From Massalongia carnosa (Eukaryota), in assembly GCA_965645245.1 (NCBI GenBank), contig OZ287068.1, forward strand, positions 3,224,001 through 3,288,000: 64,000 bases of DNA. Reading direction: 5' to 3'. The notes beneath the pieces are model-generated. The model was not told the DNA's origin and ran no database searches. It saw only the letters and a program-made list of their open reading frames with translations. Position numbers and translations under genes: made by a program. This document shows, one piece after another, positions 34,636 through 49,134 of the stretch. Each line of letters opens with the position of its first letter. The first letter of the stretch is position 1.

Positions 34636-36334
34636 GTTGGGTAACAATACCAAGGCTCTGATGAAACAATAGTGGCCTTACTTCATGAATGCGGCTCTGC
34701 TGCCAAGAACGGCCGGGACTTGGCTTGGCTCCACAATCTGCATGATCCTACATTCAAACGACGCAACTTGTGGCCTGGCGCGGGCTAAGCTTACCGGAAT
34801 GCTGCAGGATGGGGCAGGAGAGGGCAGGGATCATGCAGGGATGACTGCAGGGATGAACCAGCGGATGAACCACCGTTGCATTCCCGACATCGGACGAAGA
34901 TTTTATCTTGCGTTTGTGGGGCTGAAGATTGGAGTACAGAGTACTATATAACGAACAGGTGCCTCTAAGGCATGCATGACGCATGGAGAACGCTATGCAT
35001 GAGGTCTTCCATGGACCGGGAAGCAAGCAAAAGATGGTTTGTACTCTGTACTCGGTGCGGATAATCCATGTGTACGAAGTGCAGAGTACGTGATGTTGTG
35101 TCATTGGCTTGGCAATCTTAGCGGCATCCTGTGTTGAGGAAATGGCGAAAGTCTCGTCCTCAGAATGCATTGCTACCGATGGAAATGTTCGAGGTGGCCG
35201 GACGCAAATCCCGGTTGCTGCACGACAAAGCAAAAGTCGATCCTTGAGCTAGGCAGAGCCAATCGGGGTTGTCACAAGACGAGAAATAGACACGCAGCAT
35301 ACTACGTGGTCGGGAGATTCTATGGGAGCAAACACTTGACTTCCACACAAGACCATTGCTAAGGGAGGGTTAACAAACCAGGCGATTTGTTGGATAAGCA
35401 ATCGACACAGCACAAGAGGTCCCCCTCTCTAGCTAAAAAATAGAGACATGGGAAGTAAAGGGCACTTCGGCCTCGTTGTGATGGTGCCATAATAACTAGA
35501 GAAGAAGAAATGGCGACAACCAGAGTAGCAAACGAATGAGAACATGAAAATTTCAATGGATTGGCAGAGTACTCCATACTCTCTACAGATTATAGAATAT
35601 AGATAGCGGGCTTGACTGAAACGTCTGGTCTACCGCGTATACAGAGTTAGCAGCGATGAATTGAGGTAGGTAGAGGTAAAAACCACTAGTAATTACGTAC
35701 GGGGGGATCTAACCGGATACAGGTGAGGAATTGCATTAGGGATCAATAGGATTGAGACTAGCGTTCCTGACTAAGATCATTAGATGAAGTCGGAAGCTCA
35801 ATTGAGCACATGTGATTGGTTGATTGAACGCTTATCTCTTCGCGCTACTCATTTAAGTTATCGAAAATGTTGTTTTGAGTTTCTTTTTCCACTTCTCACT
35901 TCTCAGTAACTCTGTATCGCAATCTTTGCCTGGAAAAGCAGAGTAACTAGGGAGTACGCCGTGCAGAGTACAGAGCACATCGCTTGTCGCACCGCAGTGT
36001 CTTGCATTCGCTTTAGGGTAATTTCCGCTAACGTTGACTCTTGGAAACTGCCAAACACTGCAGCGTTAGGCAGATTGTATCTTGCTTTTACCGCATTCGG
36101 CGCCGCTTAACAAAACATTGCCAAGCGTGCAATCCTCCACTCCCCCAAATCCTCCTAACTTCTTTCCCTTCTCTTTTCTCTTGCTCTCCTCAACCCCTAC
36201 AGTTCCGTCGGATTTTGACTGTCTCGTTTCGTCTACAATAACGATCAACAACCCTAGGGATAAACGTTCAACCTTCCGAATTTCATCCTTTGCTCTACCT
36301 TAGGGTACCATCTGATTCACGCCCGACCGGCCGG

Positions 36335-39300
36335 ATGGGTTACGTGGATGTCGAACAACTATATGGACCAGAAGTGAAAGACGATCAGATTGCTCAAGTG
36401 TACGAGTACGAAAACACCCCAGAGAACCGGTCATGGGCCGGCGCTCTGCCGGTGAAGCAGGGTCTCTATGACCCCGAGTTAGAGAAGGATGCTTGTGGCG
36501 TGGGCTTTGCTGCGTAAGTGCCACCAAGGGGTGGAGAGAGACACGACGGACTGATGAACTCGTAGCCACATCAAAGGCAAGGCAAGTCATAAGATCATTA
36601 GCGATGGTATGAAAGCCGTCGTCCTTTTTTCCCCTCCCTCCTCCCCACTGATGCCGTTCTAGCACGAAATCTGCTGTGCAACATGACCCATCGAGGGGCG
36701 GTGGGATCGGATGCTCGAGATGGGGATGGCGCGGGAGTCATGACCTCCATGCCCCATAGGTTCTTTATCAAGAATTTCGAAAGAGAGACGGGGTTTAAGC
36801 TGCCGCCGCAGGGTCAGTACGCTGCAGGGAACCTCTTTTTCAAGCCTGACACAGAGATCTTGAAGGAGTCTACAACGACCTTTGAAGAAATCGCCGAGTC
36901 ATTGGATTTGAGGGTGATAGGATGGCGCGAGGTGCCGCGAGATTCGAGCTTGCTTGGGCCTGCAGCGTTGTCACGAGAGCCGTTGATTCTTCAGCCTTTT
37001 GTCGTCCTTCGGTCGGCGTATGGAGAGGGAAACGCACCAGAAATCGTGGATGGCGAGCGATTCGACGAGAAACTGTTCGAGCGCCAGCTTTACGTGCTTC
37101 GAAAGCGTGCCACACACACCATCGGTCTTCACAACTGGTTCTATTTGTGCTCATTGAGCAACAAAAACATTGTTTACAAAGGCCAGCTATCTCCCGTTCA
37201 GGTATATCAGTACTATCACGATCTTGTGTCCGTGGATTACGAAGGCCATTTTGCCCTAGTTCATTCGCGATTTTCGACCAACACATTTCCTAGCTGGGAT
37301 CGCGCTCAGCCACTTCGGTGGGCGGCCCACAACGGTATATTTTCCAAATGATTTCATCAGCAAAAATCTCAAGACTAATGCAAGCTAGGGGAGATCAATA
37401 CCTTACGTGGCAACAAGAATTGGATGCGTGCACGAGAAGGTGTGATGCAGTCTGATTTCTTCAAAGATGAACTTGATCTGCTATACCCCATCGTGGAGGA
37501 TGGGGGGTCTGATTCTGCGGCGTTCGACAACGTTCTCGAACTGTTGACTATTAATGGCGTCCTGTCCCTTCCCGAGGCAATCATGCTGATGGTCCCTGAG
37601 GCCTGGCAGGACAATGCGGCCATGGATCCCGAGAAATCGGCATTCTATGAATGGGCTGCGTGTCTGATGGAACCATGGGATGGACCAGCTCTTTTTACCT
37701 TTGCAGACGGAAGATATTGCGGCGCGAACCTTGATAGGAACGGCTTGCGGCCTTGCAGATATTACGTGACCGATGACGACCGAATCATATGTGCGTCCGA
37801 AGTTGGGGCCATCCATCTTGATCCAGAGAGAATCATTCAAAAGGGACGCTTGCAACCTGGAAAAATGCTTTTGGTAGACACCATTGCTGGTCGCATTGTG
37901 GATGACGCAGAACTTAAACATAGCGTCTCTACCCGTCAGGACTTCAGATCATGGCTTCAGAAAGAGCTTCTTACTCTACCCAAAATCCTGGAGCAACTTC
38001 AAGGAGCTGGAACCGTGCTAACAGGCACGTTGAATGACCTTCGAGTCCAGCAAGACCCGATGCTGAAGGCTTTCGGATATTCTTTCGAGCAAGTAAGTCT
38101 TTTGCTGGGACCGATGGCAGCAGATTCCAAGGAAGCTCTCGGGTCAATGGGCAACGATGCTCCACTGGCCTGTCTTGCTCATCAGCCTCGACTGTTATAC
38201 GAATACTTCCGCCAACTTTTCGCCCAAGTCACCAATCCACCCATTGATCCGATTCGGGAAGCAATCGTCATGTCGCTCGAATGCTACGTTGGCCCTCAAG
38301 GCAATTTACTCGAGATGGGTGCATTGCAATGTCATCGCCTCCTACTGCCCTCGCCTGTGCTCGCGATTGAAGATTTTAATGCCTTGGTTAACATTACAAG
38401 TCTCCACCCCGATTGGACGGTCAAGACTATTGACATTACATTCCCCAAGACCGAGGGCATTCAGGGTTACATGGACGCTCTGGATCGGATCTGTGTAGCC
38501 GTCACCGAAGCTATCGAAAAGAGCGACAAAATCCTGGTCTTGTCTGATCGGGCTACTTGTGCCAAGCGTGTCCCGGTTTCTGCGCTTCTGGCGACAGGAC
38601 TGGTGCATCATCACATGGTCCGTAATAAGTGGCGCTCCCAGGCGGCCTTGGTGGTTGAAACCGCAGAGGCTCGTGAGGTCCATCATATGTGCGTGCTGCT
38701 AGGCTATGGCGCTGATGCTATCTGCCCTTATTTGGCCATGGAGTGCATTCTGAAGATGAACCGTGAAAAACTCATCAGGAAGCCGGTCTCGGATGAGAAA
38801 ATCATTCAAAACTACAAGTACTCTTGCGATGGGGGGATACTGAAGGTGATGAGCAAAATGGGCATCTCGACGCTACAGAGTTATAAAGGTGCACAAATTT
38901 TCGAGGCGCTGGGAGTTGATGACACCGTCGTCGATCGGTGCTTCACTGGAACGGCAACGCGTATCAAGGGTATGACCTTTGAACTTATCGCTCAAGACGC
39001 CTTTGCCTTCCACGAGAAAGGATTCCCATCGCGAGAGATTGTCAATGTTCCTGGTCTTGCTGAATCTGGTGAGTATCATTGGAGAGATGGAGGTGAACCG
39101 CACATCAATGACCCTGTCAGTATCGCCAACATTCAAGACGCGGTCCGAACCAAGAACGACAAATCTTATGAGGCTTACTCCATGTCCGAGTACGAGCAGA
39201 TCAAAGCCTGTACCCTTCGCGGCTTGCTTGATTTCGATTTCGACGGACGGGCTTCCGTGCCGATTGATCAGGTTGAACCTTGGACGGAGATTGTGCGCCG

Positions 39301-42300
39301 TTTCGTTACTGGCGCCATGTCTTATGGATCTATATCTATGGAATCTCATTCTACCTTGGCAATTGCCATGAATCGACTAGGAGGCAAATCAAACACCGGA
39401 GAAGGTGGGGAAGACCCTGAGCGGAGCTTGCGAATGGAGAATGGAGATACTATGCGGTCCGCCATCAAGCAGGTTGCCTCCGGTCGTTTCGGCGTCACGT
39501 CCAATTATCTTGCAGATTCCGACGAGATTCAAATCAAAATGGCGCAAGGCGCCAAACCTGGCGAGGGCGGTGAACTTCCTGGACACAAAGTCTCGGGACC
39601 TATCGCTCACACCAGACACTCAACGCCCGGGGTAGGCCTCATTTCACCTCCTCCGCATCATGACATTTATTCGATCGAAGATTTGAAGCAGTTGATCTAC
39701 GATCTGAAATGCGCCAATCCTCGTGCTCGTGTGTCTGTGAAACTGGTATCCGAGACCGGCGTAGGGATCGTCGCATCCGGTGTCGCAAAGGCCAAAGCTG
39801 ATCATATCCTCATATCTGGTCATGATGGCGGCACTGGCGCTTCTAGGTGGACTGGCATTAAATATGCTGGGCTCCCTTGGGAGCTAGGTCTTGCTGAGAC
39901 TCATCAAACCTTGGTCCTGAACGACCTGAGAGGACGTGTTATTGTTCAGACTGACGGGCAGTTACGGACAGGCCGAGATGTAGCTATTGCATGCCTTCTT
40001 GGGGCCGAAGAGTGGGGGTTTGCTACGGCTCCTTTGATCGCCATGGGCTGCATTATGATGAGGAAATGCCATTTGAATACGTGTCCCGTTGGCATTGCAT
40101 CTCAGGATCCCGAGCTACGCAAGAAGTTTCAAGGTACACCCGAGCACGTCATCAATTTCTTCTACTACATCTCAAACGAGCTACGGGCGATCATGGCAAA
40201 GCTTGGATTTCGGACAATCAACGAAATGGTTGGACATTCCGAGGTACTCCACATGCGCGAGGACCTACGGACGGCAAAAACCGAGAATCTTGACCTTGGC
40301 CTGATTCTGACACCTGCCCATCATCTACGTCCTGGCGTTGCCACATATAACGTTCGGAAACAGGACCATCGCTTGCATGTTAGGCTCGACAACAAACTCA
40401 TAGCCGAGTCCGAGTTGGCACTTGAAAAAGGGCTGCCTTGTCGTATCGAATGTGACATTGTGAATACGGACCGTGCCATGGGTGCTACGTTGTCCTACCA
40501 GATCAGTCGGAGATATGGCGAAGCGGGCTTGCCCCAAGACACCATACATGCCAATATTAAGGGATCCGCCGGCCAGTCATTTGGTGCATTCTTAGCACCT
40601 GGCGTCACTCTTGAGCTGGAGGGTGATTCAAATGATTATGTCGGGAAAGGACTTTCTGGCGGCCGCCTCATCGTTTACCCACCACGTTCGGCAGTTTTCA
40701 AAGCCGAAGAGAATGTCTTGATTGGAAATGTTTGCTTGTACGGTGCAACTGGTGGTACCTGCTACTTCCGTGGAATGGCGGCCGAGCGATTTGCAGTTCG
40801 CAATTCGGGAGCTACCGCTGTTGTCGAAGGCGTTGGCGATCATGGTTGCGAATACATGACAGGAGGGCGGGTACTTATTCTTGGTGGCACTGGGCGTAAT
40901 TTTGCTGCTGGCATGTCTGGCGGTATCGCATACGTCCTTGACATGAATCAGGACTTTGCCTCAAAGGTCAACACTGAAATGGTTGAGGTCTCTGGACTTG
41001 AAGATCCTACAGAGATAGCTTTCATTCGCGGTTTGATCGAGGATCATCATCACTACACAGGCTCCGAGTTAGCTGCTCGAGTGCTTTTGGACTTCAACCG
41101 AGCTTTGCCAAGATTCATCAAGGTGCTGCCTACCGATTACAAGCGGGTGATGGCGGAAGAAGCTGCCAAAGCAGAAGCTGCCAAAAAAGCCGAGTATCCA
41201 TTGCCGATATTGCCTAATAATCCAGCAAGGCAGATTCAAGAGCAATCGTTGAAGATCAAGCACGACAAGGCAACGCACGCTAAGAAGAACGATATTCTCG
41301 ACATCGAAGAGAGCGTCGGAGATGTCAAGGCCGAGAAGAAACGATCTGCGTTGGTCCTTGACAAAACCAAAGGCTTCATGAAGTACCAGCGCAGGGCCGA
41401 GCGGTATCGCGAACCGGAGAGCAGGACCCGCGATTGGAAAGAGCTTTCGTCTCGGTTGAATGACGACGAGTTGAAATACCAAGCCGCTCGATGCATGGAC
41501 TGCGGTGTTCCCTTTTGCCAGTCGGATACTGGATGTCCCATTTCCAATATAATTCCCAAATGGAACGAGCTTGTCTTCCAAAATCAATGGCGAGATGCTC
41601 TCAACCGTCTCCTTATGACCAATAACTTCCCCGAATTCACCGGCCGTGTTTGTCCAGCGCCTTGCGAAGGTGCATGCGTCCTCGGGATCAACGAAGACCC
41701 CGTTGGGATCAAATCCATAGAATGTGCCATCATTGACCGTGGCTTTAACAAGGGTTGGATGATCCCGACTCCGCCTCCGCATCGCACCGGGAAGACTGTT
41801 GCCATTATCGGTTCAGGCCCTGCAGGTCTTGCAGCCGCAGACCAGCTGAACAAAGTTGGTCATACCGTGACTGTATACGAGCGATCAGACCGCATTGGAG
41901 GTCTACTGATGTATGGCATCCCGAACATGAAGCTGGACAAGACCATCGTTCAGCGCCGAGTTGACTTCATGGCTGCCGAAGGAGTGAAGTTTGTCACTGG
42001 TATATCTGTAGCACCTGATGGTGAAGTCACTCTTCGATCGCTTCGAGACGGAAATGATGCTGTAGTCATTGCAACAGGAGCCACAGTCGCCCGAGACCTG
42101 AAGATTCCCAACCGAGAACTTGAGGGAATTCATTTTGCGATGCAATTCCTACATCGGAACACCAAGTCCTTACTTGACTCGGGGTTAGCTGACGGGGAAT
42201 ATATCTCCGCAAGAGGCAAAGATGTAATCGTTATCGGTGGGGGAGATACGGGTAATGATTGCATAGGAACTTCGGTTCGCCACGGCGCAAATTCTGTCAC

Positions 42301-42962
42301 AAACTTTGAGCTCCTGCCACAACCTCCACCGGAGCGTGCGCGTGACAACCCGTGGCCGCAATGGCCTCGTATCTACCGTGTTGACTACGGCCACAACGAG
42401 GTAAAGACTCATATGGGCAAGGATCCTCGCGAGTACTGCGTCATGTCCAAGGACTTTGTGGGCGATGAGAAAGGACACGTTCGTGGCATCAACACTCACC
42501 GTGTTAAATGGACCAAGAGCGTTTCTGGCGGGTGGGACATGAAACAGGTTGAGGGGAGCGAACATTTCTTCCCTGCGGACCTGGTTCTTCTTTCCATGGG
42601 GTTCTTGGGACCAGAGGATCGACTGTTGGGGACGGAGGTTGAGAAGGATGCCAGGAAGAACATCAAGACGCCTCCTGGTCATTATAATACGAATTTGGCG
42701 GGCGTTTTCGCGGCGGGGGATTGCCGGCGTGGACAGTCTCTTATTGTTTGGTAAGCCTTTCGCATTCTCTCCATGCTGTTCTTTCTCGCTAACCATATGT
42801 AGGGGCATCAACGAAGGCCGCCAAGCAGCTCGCGATGTTGACACCTATCTCATGGGTGTTGGCACCCAGTTACCCAAGACGGGTGGTATCGTTCAGCGAG
42901 CTCCATACGAGATGGTCGGCCATCCGGAGCGTATGCGGCAGCAGGCTGTCGGCGCTGCATAG
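36335..42962 (+). CDS. GLT1: Glutamate synthase [NADH] (fused alpha/beta GOGAT)
   Basis: Exons 36335-36513, 36566-36606, 36663-37334, 37389-42750 and 42803-42962; [43 protein letters not shown] and GDCRRGQSL. Confidence 0.98.
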
Positions 42963-44359
42963 ACTGAACTAGGGTGGTTCCAGGGCTGTATATCCATATT
43001 CACCAACAAAAGATTATTCGCAAGGTACATAGATCCACGACGACTAAGTTACAGGCAAAAGAGAGATGAGGATAATGATTTGTGTACGATGATGAAAGAT
43101 GCAGAGGGGAGAGGCCAAATGTCGGCATTTTGATACAAGTTAGCTTTCTTTCGATCACGATTGTTGCTTTGGGGAAGTTGTGAGGCAGCTTTTTTTTTGG
43201 TTGATTTGAAGTCTTGCATGCGGCCTCTTCAAGAGAGTTGACCGAGGGAAATTAGTACCCGTCGAGATAAAGATCCCCTGTAGAAAATGTTGCTTTGCTG
43301 CGAATGGATTGGGTGGAGGATGTAACTACATTTTTCCTACTCTTTCTCCGAGTTTGCAGCTGTCATCAGCATCAGAAATATCTCTTGCTCTTGCGTGTTG
43401 GCCGATCGAAATCTTCCAGTAAACTTTCTAAACTCTAACGTTTGGTTCTCCTTTCGCGGTGAGTTCTGGAACAGCTCTCTTGGCCAGGAATTGAAACCGA
43501 GTTCCTCTATCCTCCACCACCTCGACAAGACTATGAAAACATTATCTTACATTATCTTCCAACTCGATTCCCTCTCCAATCCTGAACAGCCAAGTCCTTC
43601 CATGTTTATTGCCCCTGACGCTATTTACCGATTAATACATTCATTGGTTGACATTTCGGTTTTCATTCTCTCCACCCACTCAACCTTCCAATAGGGCCCT
43701 CAAGGGAAAAAAGAAGAAACTTCTCATCTGCGACAGATAACAGCTTCCAGGACTTATGAGTCGCCTGGGCTCCCTCCCCTAAGATCCGGAGTAATTGATG
43801 CTAGGCTGGCTGTGCCTGGCCCGCTCCCCGTTCTGCGGCAGCTGGGGGGTCTGGAACGGGTTTTTTTCGATCTCTGCCGTCCAAAACATACGTAGTTCAC
43901 AGGAGAGTTCACAGGAGGAATCCTTGTTTTCTTCGCGTTCAAGAACCTTGTCAAATCTTTGAGATGTGGCTAACCATTATCGCTCCTTTTGAATCGGGAT
44001 CTTTAATCGAAACATTTTGGGGGAGGGCAGGGGGGAGTTTAATCGGAATTGAATGGATTTGAGGGACGACAGGGTCTATACATAAAGTACCTTTGAGGAG
44101 AAGTTTATTCAAGTTTGTCCCAGTCGAAACCCAATAATTACACACGAACAATCGTTCTAGTTTACGATGGATAACTCTGCTTTTACTATTGCATCTATTG
44201 ATTCACGTTGTTGTTGTTGTTGTTGTTGTTATTGTCATCGTAAAAGTCGAATCGTGGACTTTCGTTCAGGTATATTGATTATATCGCCCAGGATCAGAGG
44301 ATGCATGCTCTTCTACTCACTCACCGGCTCGTTGCACCTCTTTGCTACTACCTATTCAT

Positions 44360-45255
44360 CGCACCTGGCGGACACGTATATATTACCACAAACTTCCGAG
44401 CCACCCAAAACGATCCATACATATAATGAACGGCTGACAGCATTCTTGAGGCGTCTGGCCTTTTAACCCCCCCCGGCTAACTTACAATATCTCTTCCTTA
44501 ATCGATTAATCGGGGGTCTCACGCCAGACGGTGCTCTGGGGCCGACTGCCGAAGGGGCCAAGCTCTTCAAGGGCCGGGTAAGTGCAGGATATACTCCAAT
44601 ATGATTTCTATCTGGGTGGTTGTTGTATCAAGGCTCCCAGCAACGGTTAAATTGCTAACCTGCTTCCGACAGGGAAACTTCCATAGCCGAGACCACTACG
44701 CCATTGGACCGTACGGCTCGGCAAAAGATTACGTGATTGCGAGTGTTACGACAAGGAGATATGTCACTACTCCAACGCCCCTGACCCGGACATCGACCGG
44801 GGACCTGTTCGCCGACACCACCCAAACCGAATTCCTAAAAATGCTGCGTGCCAAACGAGAATCGCTGCTGAAGGCCGAGTCCGCGTTTCCCGCCGCCGAA
44901 CCGTTCGTGTTGGTTCATGGGGATCTGCATGGCCGGAACATCATGGTGGCGCATCGTGGCGATCCCCTGGACTGGGAGTTTGCGGGCGCGTACCCGCTGG
45001 AGCGAACTCCTCGGAGGCGAGAGCGTCGATGTCGCGGAAGCGATGGACGAGCACGGCGACGCGGAGAATGGAAAGTGGGCCGGAATCATCAGGCAGCTGG
45101 TGCGGGAAGTGGTGCTGGAGCGCGCGTGGCCGGTTGATCATGTTCGGTGGCTTGGCTTCTTGGGCCGGGGCAATTACGAACTGCAGCTGACGAGGGGGGA
45201 GATGTTTCTCGGATGGGGGAGGGAGAGAGAGGGGGGGGACATAGGGGGAGAGTGA
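44360..45255 (+). pseudogene. APH/choline-kinase-like phosphotransferase, frameshifted remnant
   Basis: FVLVHGDLHGRNIMV and DWEFAGAYPL motifs, with flanking segments in different frames; intron at about 44578-44671. Confidence 0.75.
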
Positions 45256-45950
45256 CGAAGTGGGTGAAAAGGAAGATGAAAGTCCGACCGAGCGGTGTTT
45301 GTAGGTGATGGGTATTCCAAAATGACTTTAGGCTGAAAAAGATATGCTCAACTGAATTCTGAATTTCACAATACGGAGTTCCCAGACAGCTTATCCAACC
45401 CCCTGCCGCTCCCCGCTAGTAAAGGCACCAAACCCCTCAAGAACGATCTGCCTAACTACTTAACTACTTTGGTTTGTTAGATAAACAGATAGACTTTCCG
45501 TTTCGTTTCGCTCGACTTCCTGACGAGATGTGATGTGACTTTGCCTTTCATTTTTTTCCTGAAAGGGAGAGGATGTTAGGAAGAACCCCCCCCCCCCCCC
45601 AAAAAAAAGTATGAGAAAGGAATTGCGGGAATTGAGAGTAGTGGAAAACGAGGGTGATGGGATGGGATGGGATGGGGCTGGAAGATAAAGCCTGCGGAAA
45701 AGGAGGAAGGGAAGGGGACAAGATAAATGAGAAGGGAAGCTAGAACATAAACAGAACCGCAAAGGAAGAGATAAGAGGGGGAGGTGGGAGCAGAGTATGG
45801 CAGTAGTACATAGTGACATAGAGTAAAATCCACATTAGCGAACAAGATATTCACTCATCATGATCTAATTGATTGACTGGTTGATTGATTAATCGGTTCG
45901 AAAGGCGTTGTCGATAAGATAAGTGTTGGTCGTCAGTCATCAGGAAACCA

Positions 45951-48900
45951 CTACCATAGGAAGAATCCGACCAGCCTGTGAAACCCTGCGTCCGTATCCT
46001 CGTCATCCCACTCCCTGCCCTCAATTCGGGCTCTTGTAGCTTCCGCTTGAGCCCGCAAACTCTTTGCCTCGTCCCTGTTACCGACTGCCTCTTCCGCGTT
46101 CCCCAAGCTCCAGAGCGCCCTTGCTAAGTGCGGTTCCATGTCCTTGACGCCTATGCTCATATGCACGATTTCCCGCAGTAGCTGAGCGGCCGCTGCGTCT
46201 TTGCCGGTTTCCCTGAGCATAGTGGCGACAAAAAACATCGAGTCAGCAACCCTTGGGCCTTTCTTACCCAGAACGCTCTTGCGCATTGTAATGCACTTCG
46301 ACGTTAATTCAAGAGCGGTGGATAAGTCACCCTGACCATAGCGGATGCGGGCTAAGAGCAAGATGTCGCCGCTATGTCGAGGGTATTTGGAAGACATGAT
46401 CGACTCTAGAGTATGGTTTTGCAACAGCCAGCAGTCCGTCAAAGCGCTCAGCGCTTTATCGTAGTCTTTCGCCCGCAGGTAAGCTATGGCATAGATCGCC
46501 TTTGTCCTAGACATGCCTTTAGGGTCCCGGGCAAGATGGATTTCATGAGCCATGTCGAGGTACTCGAGCGCCTTGGCGGGATTATCCATCTCGGTGTAGC
46601 TAAAAGCTATGCTGTCATACACGATAGCGATTGCGGGATCACCTGCAGACACCAATTTCAGTCGTAAGGCTAGGGATTCCTGAAAAGCTTCCAAGGCAGC
46701 GTGTGGCTGAGCCATATCCATGACGATATTGCCAAATAGTCTGACGGCAGGATTACAAATCGGTCCTTCGCGATCGATATCTAGAGATAGACCGAACTGG
46801 AGAAACGATCGAGCTCCGGTTGGTTGATCACGTTCCCAAAGGTAACTAAACACAATCACGGTTAGAATACGTTATTGCAGTAATCCTAGGATAAGTATAC
46901 AGATCATTGCTCAGCGATAGTGCTTACTTTCCTGCTCGAAAGACTAGCTCTGCGAAAGATTCCGGCTGACTGGCTTTGAGATTGTGTCTTTTCACAAGTT
47001 CAATCAGTGAGCTGACATGAGGTAAAACCTCACTACATGTCTCCCATGCTGAGAAGCCGTGACCCTGGTGAAGCCCCTTTTCTATCCAAGTGTTTGGAAA
47101 GCCTTTAGAAAGTAGAGAAATCGTGGCATCGAGCAATTCTTGTTTCTCATCATGCGCAATTCGCGCGAAAACAGCGTTCTGAACCAATCGATGAACGGAT
47201 AGAGATTTATTTGCAGAAGACCGGTTGATGAGAGAGGATCTATTGAGTTCGCCCATAGCTTCGCCATATCTGCTAGTTGTCAGTTATCTTCGAGTAAAGT
47301 TCAGCACTCGCACCATGTTCATACTCGAAATCGTCACTCAGAAACTGCAAGCGCTCAGATGCCAAGTTGGCATCCGGATTTTTAAGTATACGTTCTTCGA
47401 TCTTATCCGGATCAAAAAATGCAAGGAGATTTTGCAACATGCTGGCTTCATGGGGCAATTTTTGCAGGGAAATGTCCCAGACGGTGCTGAGCGTATGATT
47501 GTAGTCAATAGGCGTCTCTCCTCGAGCATGTATCTTTGCCGAAGAACGCTGGTAAATGGGGAGAAACTCAACGTAAGAGTAACCACGGTTGCGAATAAAC
47601 TCACTGATCTGCGCAATAGCCAAGGGCAAGCCTCCAAGCAAACGGCATATCTCTTCGGAAGCTCTGCGCTCATCATCATTAATGGGGTTCATGCCAGTGA
47701 GGGAGTGCAGTGTGGCTGTTCCTGCCTGCCCTGCAAATGATCGAAGCTGAAGAAGATTGATGGCTCTCTTGGCTGCAACAGACGAGGAGCGTGTTGTTAT
47801 GATAATGGACCCTCTAACGCTACCTGGCCAAACCTGTAGGAGGAGGTCGGCACTGTCAACGTTGTCGAAAATAAGGAGGAATCGACAGCTGGATGTATTG
47901 AGCCAATCTCGGACTTTCACGCTCGCATTGTTATCATCCTTAGCATCATCACCTTTCGTCAGACCGAGTTTCTTAGCAAAATTCAAGAGGCCTTGTGTCA
48001 TCTTGATCTGGGTTTCCGAAGGAATCCAGGCGATTGCGTCGTATAGCTTCAAGGAGGTATTGGCATAGTGCAAGGCAAGTTGGGTTTTTCCAACACCACC
48101 CAGCCCGTGTATTGCAAGGTCTTGCAATTGGCCACCATTATCATGAGGATCGAGCGTGCTTTTTACTGCTGCGACCTCTTCTGCCCTACCAAAGAACCGA
48201 GGATTGAGCCCATTCGGTATCACGTGACATGGGAGTTTGATGTCATCACTAATATCTGTTTCCTTCAAGCCCTTCATGACATGAATCATTTCTGCCGAGC
48301 TAGATTCTCGAGTCATACGGATTATATCTGCTTCTTCGTCAACACGGCGTGAAAGGTCTCGTAAGCTAGCGACAGTTCTCAGGAATTCGCTGTTGAATTG
48401 AGACCAAGCATGGCGGCTCCTCCCAACATTAGGATTGTTTCGGAAAAATGTGATCGCACGAGCGCAAAAGATGATGATTTCCGTATACATATCGGACAGG
48501 CCGTCTTCTAGTGACTTGGTCATAGGTAACTCCTGTTTGTACCTCTTATACCGTGGAAGGGTGCGATGGAGCTCCTCGAGCATGTCAAGTATCTCGGGCA
48601 TAACGGGTTGCGCGAGCTTCGCTTATGTTAATACGAATCTTCTGTCGAGTCGTAGACAGTGAACTTAACGCTGAGAAGTAGCCTGATAGAACCCCAAAAT
48701 ATGGCTGCAACCTTGCCATTCATACCAAGAGCCCATGCTGACACAACCGCAAAGTCGTTGAGACTTGGGAGGATAGTTTCCAATCGACAAAGTGATCCCA
48801 ACCATGCTTTGGATCTTCTCGCGTCGGAAGGTTCAAGAGCCCGGATTTGATCAAGCAGAGCCATAGGACTCTTGATATTCCATAGATCCTTCTCAATCGC

Positions 48901-49134
48901 AGGGCCTTTAATACCCCCCTTTTTCAGCTCATCGTAGTATTTGTTAATAGCACTTTGCCAAATGTGACTACTAGGCCTGGTGGCAGAAGATTGGCGTTGC
49001 CCCCCAAGAGAGGGTTGATCGAGGTGTTCTCCTATCAGCTCATCGGAGCTTAATGTTGAGGGCTCGAAGGCAGAAAATGAGCTGTTACCAGGGACGACGC
49101 CGCTTGCAGGTCGAGTGCCCGGTGATTGTTCCAT
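45951..49134 (-). CDS. Fungal NLR: N-terminal helical domain, NB-ARC, TPR repeats (4 exons)
   Basis: WGSIRLL, FFGR, HGLGGVGKT, LLIFDNVD, IIITTR, GLPLAI and VHRLVQ; TPR-like C-terminus (ALEAFQESLALR, PRVADSMFFVA). Confidence 0.92.

Noticed and set aside
1..34640. Starship giant transposon carrying NLR cargo
   Set aside because: No tyrosine-recombinase captain gene or Starship boundary is recognisable within the window
35380..36300. GATA (AreA-type) sites upstream of GLT1
   Set aside because: A few scattered GATAA matches, not distinguishable from chance
36870..42844. Numerous antisense and alternate-frame ORFs within GLT1
   Set aside because: Expected shadows of a long coding sequence
43700..44160. 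Coding-like minus-strand fragments with a 12-bp tandem duplication
   Set aside because: Multiple stops; no identifiable family
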